Positions 63,630 to 64,000 of a stretch of DNA of 64,000 nt are shown one piece after another. The stretch is from Zootoca vivipara. Its lineage: Eukaryota. The stretch lies in the NCBI RefSeq assembly GCF_963506605.1, contig NC_083276.1:31124001-31188000 (forward strand), read 5' to 3'. The notes under the pieces were generated by a model, which saw only the letters and a program-made list of their open reading frames with translations, made no database searches and had not been told where the DNA came from. The first letter of the stretch is position 1. The number at the start of each line of letters is the position of its first letter. Made by a program: the position numbers and the translations under genes.

Positions 63630-64000
63630 TGTTATGTACTGAGCTGAATCCTAGAACAATAGGATTCAGAATCAGCGGGAGCTACCCAATCCAACTCCAG
63701 GTGGAAGTGAATCCGCAACCTGATTGGCCTGCTGGAGCAGCCAATCAGGCGGCTGGCAGAAGTGAATCTGCTACCTGATTGGCCTGTAGGAGCAGCCAAT
63801 CAGGCTGCAGGCAAAAGTCAATCCACAATATAATTGGCCCACAGGTGTAGCCCTGAAGTAGCCAATCACGCAAGGCCCATTGTGTAAATAATGTATATAA
63901 GCAGATGGTTTTGGGAAAAGAGCCATTCGTCTTCTCTTCTCCTCCTTGATGACTATGAGCTGAATAAAGAGCATGAAATTCACTCTTGACTCCGAGTATA
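63630..64000 (+). repeat. 3' LTR (371 of 376 bp visible)
   Basis: No mismatch to the 5' LTR found by eye; preceded by the polypurine tract AGAGGGGAGGGG. Confidence 0.95.

Larger units (their letters stand above)
59045..64000 (+). mobile_element. Full-length Gypsy (Metaviridae, Mag-like) LTR retrotransposon; 3' LTR cut about 5 nt short by the window end
   Basis: 5' LTR 59045-59420 (TG...CA), PBS 59422-59439, single ORF 59549-63619, PPT 63618-63629, 3' LTR from 63630. Confidence 0.97.

Overview
Eukaryotic genomic DNA from a squamate, most likely a lacertid lizard (Sauria/POM-type SINEs, RTE-BovB, CR1 and lizard-type MITEs). It holds five spliced protein-coding genes, reconstructed exon by exon. 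In window order they are: MIA2 first coding exon (-, cut by the window start), PNN (-, 9 exons, 690 aa), TRAPPC6B (+, 6 exons, 158 aa, divergent from PNN), GEMIN2 (-, 10 exons, 264 aa) and PROSER1 (-, 13 coding exons, 916 aa). The window ends with an apparently intact, very young Gypsy/Mag-type LTR retrotransposon: a single 1356-aa gag-pol ORF, LTRs identical over the visible length and a tRNA-Ser PBS, inserted about 0.2 kb upstream of the PROSER1 promoter GC boxes. Main oddities: (1) PROSER1 sits where SEC23A lies in the human GEMIN2-TRAPPC6B-PNN-MIA2 block. (2) A candidate 50-60 aa single-pass membrane microprotein exon lies in the PROSER1 5' region. (3) TRAPPC6B exon 4 has a weak GC splice donor with a TE-derived competing GT donor 41 nt downstream. 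(4) Two Penelope-type insertions carry minimal hammerhead ribozyme motifs. Gene identities come from recalled protein sequences, not from a database search.
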